A stretch of 63,141 bases of DNA from an uncultured virus (IMG/VR IMGVR_UViG_3300029955_000004) (lineage: Duplodnaviria > Heunggongvirae > Uroviricota > Caudoviricetes): positions 62,001 to 125,141 of the IMG/VR virus record IMGVR_UViG_3300029955_000004; one strand, 5' to 3'. The position numbers and the translations under genes were made by a program. Below the pieces are notes generated by a model that was not told the DNA's origin, did no database searches, and saw only the letters and a list, made by a program, of their open reading frames with translations. Below, piece after piece: positions 1 through 8,899 of the stretch; the stretch's first letter is position 1, and every line of letters begins with the position of its first letter.

Positions 1-709
1 TACAGAATGGATGGCTAATGTTATTTATAGAGAAGCTCTTTCAATTTCATATGATTTCAAGGGAAAACGATATACATTTACTGATGTTGATTATATTGGA
101 TCTATTAAGAAGATTATGGATATTGGAAACATGATGCAGAATATTTCTAATGAACTCAATATTGATCTACAGATCCTTGAAATGTTAACGCATGTTACAA
201 AATATTTAGAATATGGTTGTGTCGATGTGAATAAAATTAAAGAAATATTATCAATCGATAATACGATGGAATCTATCAATATTCATTATCATGAAAAGAC
301 ACATAATCTTATTTTTGAAATTGGTAGAGAAGATATCTCTATTCCTCTTTATAATGTCAGAGAACGTTTATATGAATCTATTCTTCCTGTTTTGAATGAA
401 ATTGGTTGGAAAGAAGGTTTACAGTTTTATGTGACGACAAATCACAATCCTAATTATATCGATTATCCTGTTTCTATTATGCAACTTTATACTATTCTTA
501 AATCATTTGATAAATATGTTGAATTAGAGAGATATAAAGGTCTTGGTAGTATGAATCCTTCTGACCTTGGTCGTATCTATAGTAATCCGAACAGTCGTCG
601 TATTTTCCAAATAACATCTGTTGGAAGTATAAATGATATTTACAATATGTTAGGAGGTCAGAGTGATACACGTAAGGACATTTTTAACAAGCCTGAAGCT
701 CAGTACTGA
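1..709 (+). CDS. gyrB: Type IIA topoisomerase subunit B (GyrB/ParE-like), C-terminal part; gene starts before the window
   Basis: C-terminal motif ERYKGLGSMNPSDL...NPNSRRIFQI...MLGG...RKD; GyrA-like gene 1.5 kb downstream. Confidence 0.8.
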   Translation, partial: TEWMANVIYREALSISYDFKGKRYTFTDVDYIGSIKKIMDIGNMMQNISNELNIDLQILEMLTHVTKYLEYGCVDVNKIKEILSIDNTMESINIHYHEKTHNLIFEIGREDISIPLYNVRERLYESILPVLNEIGWKEGLQFYVTTNHNPNYIDYPVSIMQLYTILKSFDKYVELERYKGLGSMNPSDLGRIYSNPNSRRIFQITSVGSINDIYNMLGGQSDTRKDIFNKPEAQY

Positions 710-1673
710 TAATAATTGTAATATTAATGAACAGGAATGTACAGAAATAATAGATAATGACATTACTGGTATTCTTAATAAACTGAATAATGGAAATTAT
801 TTAAACATGGAAGCCAATGATAAAGAGATGTTGGATTGTATTCAACATCTCTTTAAAGATGATAAGTTCTTTAAAAAATATGATCTTAAATATGAAGAAT
901 CACATTTAGAAAATTATGAATTTAATAAGAGTTTAAGATACAATTTACGATTAGAGAAACTTATAACTGAATTATATGTTGGAGAAACGCAACGAACTTC
1001 TTTAAGCCATATTGTTAGAGCTCTAGAGAAAAATAATAGTACTCGTACATCATTAATTAATATGATCTATGTTCTACGAGAAGCTAGTACTGTACTTCAT
1101 CAATATCCCGATATTGTTAATATTCCTAAGATAAGCGAAATCACTAGATTAGATAATGAGAATATTTTAATACGGAATAATTTTAGAAAAAGTAGACCAA
1201 CTGGAAAGATTAATGAAATCATTCATATTAAAAGATCTGATAGGCAATCAACTATTAAAGAAATATTAAATTGTTTGATTTTATTGTTCTATACATCTTC
1301 TAGATTTACTATTGAAGATTTTAGTTTAAATGTGAAAATACGAGCACTTATACTAGAATACATTTCTGTTATAAGAGCAAACAATTATAATAATGTCAAT
1401 ATACATGCACATCGATATATCGTAAGATTGTTAAATCTCATTAATGTTGAATATAAAGATAATGTAGAACAAGATAAAATGAGTTATGAAGATTTTGAAA
1501 AATATATATTTAATACTATTTTAATATCTACAAATATTATATATAAAACATTCTTAGTTTTCATATTTGGACAGTTTTATTTACATACGGATGAAGAAAC
1601 ATTTAGAAAAGATTGGTGTTTGTTAGATCAGTCACTAGTTGATTATAGTACTAGATATATATTACTTAAGTGA
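663..1673 (+). CDS. Hypothetical protein (start uncertain)
   Basis: 336-aa ORF between the two topoisomerase genes; no recognised motif. Confidence 0.6.
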   Translation: MIHVRTFLTSLKLSTDNNCNINEQECTEIIDNDITGILNKLNNGNYLNMEANDKEMLDCIQHLFKDDKFFKKYDLKYEESHLENYEFNKSLRYNLRLEKLITELYVGETQRTSLSHIVRALEKNNSTRTSLINMIYVLREASTVLHQYPDIVNIPKISEITRLDNENILIRNNFRKSRPTGKINEIIHIKRSDRQSTIKEILNCLILLFYTSSRFTIEDFSLNVKIRALILEYISVIRANNYNNVNIHAHRYIVRLLNLINVEYKDNVEQDKMSYEDFEKYIFNTILISTNIIYKTFLVFIFGQFYLHTDEETFRKDWCLLDQSLVDYSTRYILLK

Positions 1674-1697
1674 AACAAGTTTACTTCTTAAGTAAAC
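1653..1697 (+). promoter_or_regulatory. Early promoter (TATATTAC at 1658-1665) with conserved downstream hairpin
   Basis: 41 bp identical to 47638-47678; diverged copy at 31955-32000; TATATTAC is the phiKZ early-promoter motif. Confidence 0.75.
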
Positions 1698-1736
1698 AAA
1701 CTTAAACTGACAGCAGATTCCGAAGGACCACACCGG

Positions 1737-2162
1737 ATGCGCCTTTTTATCCTGAAAAGAGAAGTGGTTGGTACTAGCCATTATCTCGGTCGCATAGTGC
1801 GACTACTCTTCTACTGCCTCCGTGTTTCTAATGAAGATTATGTCAAGTCTTATTTTAATTATGGTGAATCTCTTGGTTGGCAGAATGATGCTATTATTCA
1901 ACAGAAGAACAATCATGGAAAATGTCTAAAAAACCCGAATGGTCAAATTACCTTTCCGAAGGCTATTTTCACTATTGTTAGCATTTTAAATCTTCGTATC
2001 AAGGACATTACATTTACTCTTGAGAAATCGGATGGTACTGAATTTGTTGTTTCTTATAATGACAAAATAGAGGATCTGGAAAAGAGACTCAATGCGCCTC
2101 CGGCTCCTGAAGATCCCGCAGAAGAACAAAATCCAACCTATGGCAATAATCGACTTTTATAA
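1737..2162 (+). CDS. Hypothetical early protein
   Basis: 141-aa ORF, GAAGGA RBS, flanked by promoter motif and hairpin. Confidence 0.7.
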   Translation: MRLFILKREVVGTSHYLGRIVRLLFYCLRVSNEDYVKSYFNYGESLGWQNDAIIQQKNNHGKCLKNPNGQITFPKAIFTIVSILNLRIKDITFTLEKSDGTEFVVSYNDKIEDLEKRLNAPPAPEDPAEEQNPTYGNNRLL

Positions 2163-2177
2163 GACATAATGACATAT

Positions 2178-2207
2178 ATGGAAGAGCACCTATAGGTGCT
2201 CTTCCAT
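2178..2207. terminator. 30-bp perfect palindrome, probable terminator hairpin
   Basis: ATGGAAGAGCACCTA|TAGGTGCTCTTCCAT, with a T-rich tract downstream. Confidence 0.75.
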
Positions 2208-2268
2208 TATGTTTTTACTACTTTTGAGTATTATATAATCCAACATACATTAGGGAAAAGTAGATCGA

Positions 2269-4431
2269 ATGGAAGACATTTCCGCATCTGATACTATTCT
2301 CGATTTTACTAAAAAGTTTGGAACTGGATTAATTGATAAAACATTTCCTAATAAATTTGATGGACTCAAAGACGGCCAGCGTCGTATCTTTTGGTCGTTG
2401 AGAAATGATATGAATGATATTATTCCGAGTAGTCAATTAATTGCAAGTACTATTAAATATCATCCACACGGTGATGCTACTATTTATGAAACTGCTGTTA
2501 GACTAGCACAGAATTTTAATTGTAATCCTCCACTTATTGCATTTGAATCTTCCGTGGGTACTTATTCAAATCCTATACCTGCCAAAGGTCGATATACAAA
2601 ATCAAGAATACCCGATTATACAAAAGATCTTTTTTACAAATCAATTGATATTAATACTTTACCGAAAAGATTATCCGATACCCATAGTGGTTATGAAGTT
2701 GAGTATTATATTCCTACTATTCCTTTGGCTTTGTATTTTGGAAGTGACTCTATTGGATTTGGTTATAATAGCGAAATCATGTCTAGGAACTTAGGTGATA
2801 TTTGTGATATCGTTATTGCATATGCAAACCATAGAAAGAATAGTCCTATATCACCATTTGATTATACTAAGATTGTAGAATTGTTCTTACCGGATACTCC
2901 TATTGACAATATACTTATTAATAGAGAAGAACTTATTGAAAAATACAAACATGGTATGTTTAATGCACAATCTATTATTAGTGGTACTGTAAAACTGTGC
3001 AGTAATAAAATCATTATTTATACCCTTCCATATGGAACTCCTTATGGTTCTATTATGGAAACTATGTTAGCATTAATGAAAGTTAAAAATGGTTGGTATG
3101 ATCGTAATATTGAAAGAATCACAGATAATTCATCAGAAAGAAATATTGGTAATCTTGTCATTGAGTTAAAGCCAAATAGAAATGTATTTGAAGCATGGTC
3201 AATGATCTCTAAGAAAATATCATTTACAGGATCATTAAATCCAAATAATCATTTCTCTGAATATGGTTCTATTTTGAAAATAAGCCCCATTGCATTATTA
3301 CGATATTGGTATGAAGCACGGTGTAACATTCTTATTTCTTCTAAGAAATATAAAATCTCTAAATTAACGACAGAATTGCGACAGCTTAATGCATTATTAC
3401 TTATTTGTGACCATACCGATGAAGTTATCAAAATCATTAAAAATAACAATACCATAGAAGCTATTAAACTCTTTAGAAGTAAATTTCAGTTAACGACGTA
3501 TCAGGCTTATTATATCCATAAAGCTCCTCTTAATACATTAGGAAAAGATTCAAAAGAAGAACTTCTTAATGCATTAAGAATCACAGAAAACAATATCGAA
3601 AAGATACTAACATCATTTAAAAATATTGATAATGAAATAGCTGAAGAAGCGCAATATATGAAAGATAAATATACTGTAAAAAGAAAATGTATTAGTCATA
3701 AATTTATTGGATATGTGAAAGTTGATGGTGGAAATATTCAGTTTGAGAATACAAAAGAAATTTATGATATTCTAAATGACTTTCCTAAATCTCGTATTGA
3801 AATTTATACGTATAACGGATCTCATATGTTTCATGTCAATGCTCAAGAAAAGATAAATGAAAATATAACAATTAAATATACTGATGGTGATCATTATTCA
3901 TTACCGACAAATTCTATTTACACTATAAATATTGCAGATGGTGCAGCATGTTGTGTTAAGGGATTTCAGCCAGGATTCAGAAGTAGTGGATATTTTTACA
4001 CTTCTCATACTGCAAAGATGATCTGTAAAGATGGTACTATCTTAACTGGAAAGATCGATGATCATATTTCTTTAAAGAAGACTATTTGTAGAGGTGCAAA
4101 TACTGATATCATATATGTTTATCCAGAAAATAAGAATGATCATTTTATTATTTCGATGAATGATGATCTAGAATTAACAAATACTGTTACTATTCAAAGG
4201 ATCAGACCTACAACTACTAAAATACAGATGAGAATGAAAGGTAAAAATTATATTACTCATTCTAACATAAGTAAAGATGTTTTCTTTAATTTGTTCTCTC
4301 AGTGTATCAATAGAACCTCTGCACGAATCATTGTGTTCAAAGATCTCAACAAACTCATGGAAGATAAAGATGTTTTTAGGATAGATATAAACACTATGAA
4401 GAAATATAATAAACTTATCGAAGTTATCTAG
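2269..4431 (+). CDS. gyrA: Type IIA topoisomerase subunit A (GyrA/ParC-like)
   Basis: DGLKDGQRRI, KYHPHGDATIY, catalytic AKGRYT, IIIYTLPYG. Confidence 0.9.
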   Translation: MEDISASDTILDFTKKFGTGLIDKTFPNKFDGLKDGQRRIFWSLRNDMNDIIPSSQLIASTIKYHPHGDATIYETAVRLAQNFNCNPPLIAFESSVGTYSNPIPAKGRYTKSRIPDYTKDLFYKSIDINTLPKRLSDTHSGYEVEYYIPTIPLALYFGSDSIGFGYNSEIMSRNLGDICDIVIAYANHRKNSPISPFDYTKIVELFLPDTPIDNILINREELIEKYKHGMFNAQSIISGTVKLCSNKIIIYTLPYGTPYGSIMETMLALMKVKNGWYDRNIERITDNSSERNIGNLVIELKPNRNVFEAWSMISKKISFTGSLNPNNHFSEYGSILKISPIALLRYWYEARCNILISSKKYKISKLTTELRQLNALLLICDHTDEVIKIIKNNNTIEAIKLFRSKFQLTTYQAYYIHKAPLNTLGKDSKEELLNALRITENNIEKILTSFKNIDNEIAEEAQYMKDKYTVKRKCISHKFIGYVKVDGGNIQFENTKEIYDILNDFPKSRIEIYTYNGSHMFHVNAQEKINENITIKYTDGDHYSLPTNSIYTINIADGAACCVKGFQPGFRSSGYFYTSHTAKMICKDGTILTGKIDDHISLKKTICRGANTDIIYVYPENKNDHFIISMNDDLELTNTVTIQRIRPTTTKIQMRMKGKNYITHSNISKDVFFNLFSQCINRTSARIIVFKDLNKLMEDKDVFRIDINTMKKYNKLIEVI

Positions 4432-4438
4432 ATGACAT

Positions 4439-4478
4439 GTGAAGGAGACAGTCACATATATGTGACTGTCTCCTTCAC
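4439..4478. terminator. 40-bp perfect palindrome after gyrA
   Basis: GTGAAGGAGACAGTCACATA|TATGTGACTGTCTCCTTCAC. Confidence 0.7.
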
Positions 4479-4499
4479 GAACACGAAAGGGAAAAACAA

Positions 4500-5096
4500 T
4501 TGACAACGATCGGAGTATTCGTTTCTAGAGATGGTAATACTATTGCAGTTGATAAAAAAATATCAGTAGGAAGCTATACTACATTTGAACTATCTAAATA
4601 TACTGAAATATATGATCAAAAGATGAACAAGTTAGTTCTTATCTGTATTGGTACTATGGTTGTATCTGAAATAATTATTAATGAAATAAAAGAAATCATA
4701 AATAATAATGAAATACTTATTGAAGATATAAATATTTTAAAGTTAAATATTCTAAATGATATTTTGAAATCAATAAATAAAATAATAAATGATATAGATA
4801 GTATAACTTATTCAGATAATGGATTGGTATTATTAGTATCTAGGGATTCTGTACTTTTAATATGTAAAAATAAAGATAAAAAAGCATTTGTTATAGAACC
4901 ATCGAGTTCGTTATTTCAAAATAACTATATTGCAACATTTGGTTCAGGTTGTACATTATTAAAAATGGCATCAGACTTTCTCGATGAGTATGACACGGTT
5001 AAAAAAGGAAGTAAAGAATATTTTACTAAAGCTTTTGTAAAAGTAGCTATATATGATAAAGCAACCTCTTCTAATATTGATTATATTACATTCTGA
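4500..5096 (+). CDS. Proteasome beta/HslV-like N-terminal-threonine (Ntn) protease
   Basis: TTG start with AAAGGG RBS; MTTI N-terminus, mature D17 and K32, FGSG motif, C-terminal YDKATSSNI. Confidence 0.65.
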   Translation: MTTIGVFVSRDGNTIAVDKKISVGSYTTFELSKYTEIYDQKMNKLVLICIGTMVVSEIIINEIKEIINNNEILIEDINILKLNILNDILKSINKIINDIDSITYSDNGLVLLVSRDSVLLICKNKDKKAFVIEPSSSLFQNNYIATFGSGCTLLKMASDFLDEYDTVKKGSKEYFTKAFVKVAIYDKATSSNIDYITF

Positions 5097-5103
5097 CACG
5101 ACT

Positions 5104-5129
5104 CGGTGAGTGGATAATTCCACTCACCG
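5104..5129 (+). terminator. Hairpin terminator
   Basis: CGGTGAGTGGA-TAAT-TCCACTCACCG. Confidence 0.65.
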
Positions 5130-5187
5130 CAGTTATATTTTTTATCAAAAAACTATTTTATGATTTACGCATAATTAAGAGGGCATA

Positions 5188-5847
5188 ATGACAAATAGAA
5201 AAGCAGCACAAGACTGGTTTTTTAATTTATTGAAAAGTGTCGATGATACTGATGTGAATGTTAAATTTTATGAAAAGAAGTTTGGTAACATGGATGATAA
5301 AATGTTTGATAAATATATGAAAGATTTACAAGACGGAAAAACAAAACTATATTTCTATACCCCACCTAAAGTCGTTAATATAAATACTGCCAAAGTTATT
5401 GCTGCCGCCGAAAAAATAGGTCTCAAATTATTTGAAAGATTGTTATTGTGGGATCATGTCACTAAAAGATATATCCTTACTCCTCAAGAATATCTTGTTG
5501 TTGATTTACCAGTTAGACCACAGAAACAATATCTCGATGATAAGATCTCATTACCGGAAGGTGATACTAAAATATCAACAACATCTGGACAGGTTATGAA
5601 GCCTGATAAAGGATCTTCTATCGCAATCGTTGAATTACAAACTATATTGTCAAAAGGTTTAAAGAGTTCTGCATACGAATTGATGAGAGTTCGTGGTGGT
5701 GATATCTATGCTTATGCTAATCTTAAAAGTCAATTAGAAGAAACTGGTAGTGCTACATTGGATTCTATTCCTGATGATTCTAGAGCTAGAAGTAATGAAA
5801 TTCTAAAAGCATACTTTACTGGTATGCACCTTGGGACCAATCTATAA
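5188..5847 (+). CDS. Split RNA polymerase beta subunit, C-terminal fragment (virion RNAP type)
   Basis: TTSGQV..DKGSSIAIVELQTILSKGL...ELMRVRGGD resembles the RpoB C-terminal TQQP..GGQR.GEME...EMLT.KSDD region; size typical of the phiKZ-like beta-C piece. Confidence 0.75.
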   Translation: MTNRKAAQDWFFNLLKSVDDTDVNVKFYEKKFGNMDDKMFDKYMKDLQDGKTKLYFYTPPKVVNINTAKVIAAAEKIGLKLFERLLLWDHVTKRYILTPQEYLVVDLPVRPQKQYLDDKISLPEGDTKISTTSGQVMKPDKGSSIAIVELQTILSKGLKSSAYELMRVRGGDIYAYANLKSQLEETGSATLDSIPDDSRARSNEILKAYFTGMHLGTNL

Positions 5848-7229
5848 TGGCTAGTACATCAGCTGATCTGAGTGTTATAAGTAATGCTTTGGCTGCTACT
5901 GCAAAAGCAGAAAGTGCTGTTGCTCAACTAACAGGATCTACAGCATTAAGTGCTTCTGCATCCGATTTAATGTCTATTGCTAAAACAACAAAAGCTATTG
6001 CAAATACGACGAATACAGTATTGGCTACCCTGAAGACGACAACGAGCGATCCTTTATCTGGCGGTTATACACAATCAAAAGCTTATTCTGGTTCATTTGT
6101 TACTAAGAAAACTTCATCAAATACTGGACTAGTTGATTTTGCTATTGGGGCTGCTGCTGTAGCCCAAATAACATCGAGATTGACAAGTTCTCAAATAGGT
6201 AGTGTTTCTAGTATATCATCTTCTATGTCAAGTATGCTTTCTACTCAATCTGGATATTTGAGTTCATTGGCCTCAACTATTACTACAGATGCTAAACTTG
6301 CTACTTCTTTAGCTAACATAGCTAGTGGAGTTGCATCACAATTAAAGATGTTTAAACAATCTGGATTAGTAGCTCTTGGTGCTACCGCTGCCGTATTAGG
6401 GACTGGATATATTGCGAGTTCATTATCTTTATCTACAGCATCTATATCGTCTAGTAGTTTTACTTCATTTTTAAAACAGGCAACGGCAGTATTTTCTTCC
6501 GTTGCTAATGCAACTGTTGCTATAGAAAAATGCTATCAAACATTAACATCATCTTGTACAGATAGTTCTGGTAAATGCATAAGCGGTGTACCAAGAACAG
6601 CATCTTCATCAACATACTCTTCGTTAACAACTATAACTCAAAAAGTATCAGTCTCTGCTAGTACGGCAACTATACCAACAACAACCGATTATAGTACGAC
6701 ACAAAATACCTTTAATACTACATTAACATTAAATATAGAAAATGGATTTACAACATTGGTAGAACCTATGTTAACTGATAGTTCGTTTAATAGTACATCT
6801 ATTAACGTCGTAAAATCATTATTGATGTCGGTATGTAAAAGAGGCGATGTCTATATGGCATATATTCTTATAAATGCAATAGGTGGTAAAAATGTCACTA
6901 ATCCGGTTGCCATGATAAATTATATTCTTAAAAATGAACATATTACATCATCTGAAGATCCTACATCAAGCTCAACTTCTACAGATAGTAATATTAATAC
7001 ATATACAGCAGATGAATATACTACATATATAAATGAAATAATGACATTAACAAACGTATCACAATCACAATTATATAATTCAAAATCAAATTCTAGTTTA
7101 TATAACTATAAAACGGTTGAAGCATCATCATCTTCGACAGTAACGAATTCTTTATTGACATCAGAGGTTGTTAAATTGGTATCTGCTGCAAGTTCAACAA
7201 ACTCGTCTTCTAATGCAATAACAGCATGA
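5847..7229 (+). CDS. Ser/Thr/Ala-rich protein, probably virion-associated
   Basis: 460-aa ORF coupled to the upstream stop (TAATG); low-complexity S/T/A composition. Confidence 0.6.
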   Translation: MASTSADLSVISNALAATAKAESAVAQLTGSTALSASASDLMSIAKTTKAIANTTNTVLATLKTTTSDPLSGGYTQSKAYSGSFVTKKTSSNTGLVDFAIGAAAVAQITSRLTSSQIGSVSSISSSMSSMLSTQSGYLSSLASTITTDAKLATSLANIASGVASQLKMFKQSGLVALGATAAVLGTGYIASSLSLSTASISSSSFTSFLKQATAVFSSVANATVAIEKCYQTLTSSCTDSSGKCISGVPRTASSSTYSSLTTITQKVSVSASTATIPTTTDYSTTQNTFNTTLTLNIENGFTTLVEPMLTDSSFNSTSINVVKSLLMSVCKRGDVYMAYILINAIGGKNVTNPVAMINYILKNEHITSSEDPTSSSTSTDSNINTYTADEYTTYINEIMTLTNVSQSQLYNSKSNSSLYNYKTVEASSSSTVTNSLLTSEVVKLVSAASSTNSSSNAITA

Positions 7230-7241
7230 GACAGTATATCT

Positions 7242-7275
7242 TACTAGAGTGATGGCATATGCCATCACTCTAGTA
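7242..7275. terminator. 34-bp perfect palindrome
   Basis: TACTAGAGTGATGGCAT|ATGCCATCACTCTAGTA. Confidence 0.7.
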
Positions 7276-7317
7276 GTATACATTATACATAAAGTGTATT
7301 TCGATATGGTTTAGATA

Positions 7318-7325
7318 TATATTAC
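7318..7325 (+). promoter_or_regulatory. Early promoter motif TATATTAC
   Basis: Exact motif between a hairpin and a small ORF. Confidence 0.65.
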
Positions 7326-7380
7326 TATTTTGAGAAGACAATATATTTATTGTTGTCTTGTATGTAATTCGGAGGCTATC

Positions 7381-7551
7381 ATGTCTGACTTGACTATCTC
7401 CAGAACGGTCGGTTGGGTTGCGACCATTACGCTCATTTGCATTGGAGCCCATACCATCTGGTCTCGGTATTCCGAACTTGTCGAAAAAGAGAATCGACTC
7501 AAAAGCCTCGACGAAGATGTCGTCGAACAGATGTTCAAAAATCGCACGTAA
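7381..7551 (+). CDS. Small single-pass membrane protein (56 aa)
   Basis: GGAGG RBS before ATG 7381; hydrophobic VGWVATITLICIGA; own promoter and terminator. Confidence 0.7.
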   Translation: MSDLTISRTVGWVATITLICIGAHTIWSRYSELVEKENRLKSLDEDVVEQMFKNRT

Positions 7552-7667
7552 GTGGGGGGAGCAATCTCCCCACCTACTTTTATTTTTTGTTTTATCCATC
7601 GATTGTATAAATATATATTATTAAAATGACAAGGGAAGTTTTTCTTTTCGGATAGGGGCTGTCTATA

Positions 7668-8861
7668 ATGGGGTCTGATAGAGATTCTATTATTGAAGAT
7701 ATGAATGTTATTGAACTATTATCTGCACATGGATATTTTGATGAGAATAGTCCTGAAGTAATACGCGAAACTAGAAATGGATATTTTTCTCTTGACAGTT
7801 ATACGAACGGTCATACAAGAGGAATTTGTAAGGAGCAATATATTACAAATAATACTAATGAACCACTATATGTTATTGATCATAATAATAACAAGTATGA
7901 GATCCTTCCATCGAAATCTTCTGGTGTAGATTATCGTGGATCACTAGATGGTAGATTATCTATATTCTTTTGTCAAAAAGATTCTGATGAATCAAATAGA
8001 GAGACTAATAATAAGTTCGATTTTGAACAGATAGCTATTGAGAAACTACGAATTAAACCATACTACTGCAATAGATTAAATCTATTATTTACAACTGGTG
8101 ATTTTGTAGAACATGTCAAACATCCTTTTTCAAAAGATGCATATCAAGATACAATAAAAAGACACCATGCAATGATATTATCAAATATTGTAGATGAAAG
8201 TTCTATCAGGATATTTGCATATGATCCAAAGTGTCGTATAAAGAATTTATATATTGAAATGGGATCTAATATTGTAACTGTTCCAGTTTTGCATACGCAA
8301 AGTGGAACCGATGCATATGTTGTTATTCAATATCTACAAGAAAATAAAACATATGACACACATACATGTTCATTAGAAAAAGCATTTGAAAAAGCAGATT
8401 CTCTTATTTCAATTAATGGATTGACATTCAGTGTTTGTAAGAGTATATTATCTCATCACTTAGAATTTAAACGTAAAAGAATGACTCCTAACATAGATGA
8501 AAAAGTCATCAATGATGGAGATTTTATTCAGACAAAATACATCGATAGATATGTTAATAAAATTATTGATGAAAAAGATACAGAAATAAATATTCTAAGG
8601 AAAGAACTAGAAGATGCAAAAATAAATTATAAGAAATTAACTGATGGTTCTTATATAGAAAAGAAATCAGAGGTTGTATTATCTCAAATTGAAATAGAGA
8701 AAATGAAAGTAACAGAATCTATTGCTAAACACGGTAGTCAACTACATACTGATAGATTAAGTTTTGGTAAAGATATTGTCGGGTTTATAGGATCTTTATT
8801 CAAAGCAATCGCAGTAATCATTCCTGCGGTTTATGGTATTTATAAATTCTTTAAAACATAA
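7668..8861 (+). CDS. Hypothetical protein with C-terminal coiled coil and hydrophobic tail
   Basis: 397-aa ORF with RBS, immediately upstream of the RNAP subunit. Confidence 0.7.
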   Translation: MGSDRDSIIEDMNVIELLSAHGYFDENSPEVIRETRNGYFSLDSYTNGHTRGICKEQYITNNTNEPLYVIDHNNNKYEILPSKSSGVDYRGSLDGRLSIFFCQKDSDESNRETNNKFDFEQIAIEKLRIKPYYCNRLNLLFTTGDFVEHVKHPFSKDAYQDTIKRHHAMILSNIVDESSIRIFAYDPKCRIKNLYIEMGSNIVTVPVLHTQSGTDAYVVIQYLQENKTYDTHTCSLEKAFEKADSLISINGLTFSVCKSILSHHLEFKRKRMTPNIDEKVINDGDFIQTKYIDRYVNKIIDEKDTEINILRKELEDAKINYKKLTDGSYIEKKSEVVLSQIEIEKMKVTESIAKHGSQLHTDRLSFGKDIVGFIGSLFKAIAVIIPAVYGIYKFFKT

Positions 8862-8899
8862 TATTAATAACCAAACGATCACAATAGGGGACGTGAGTT

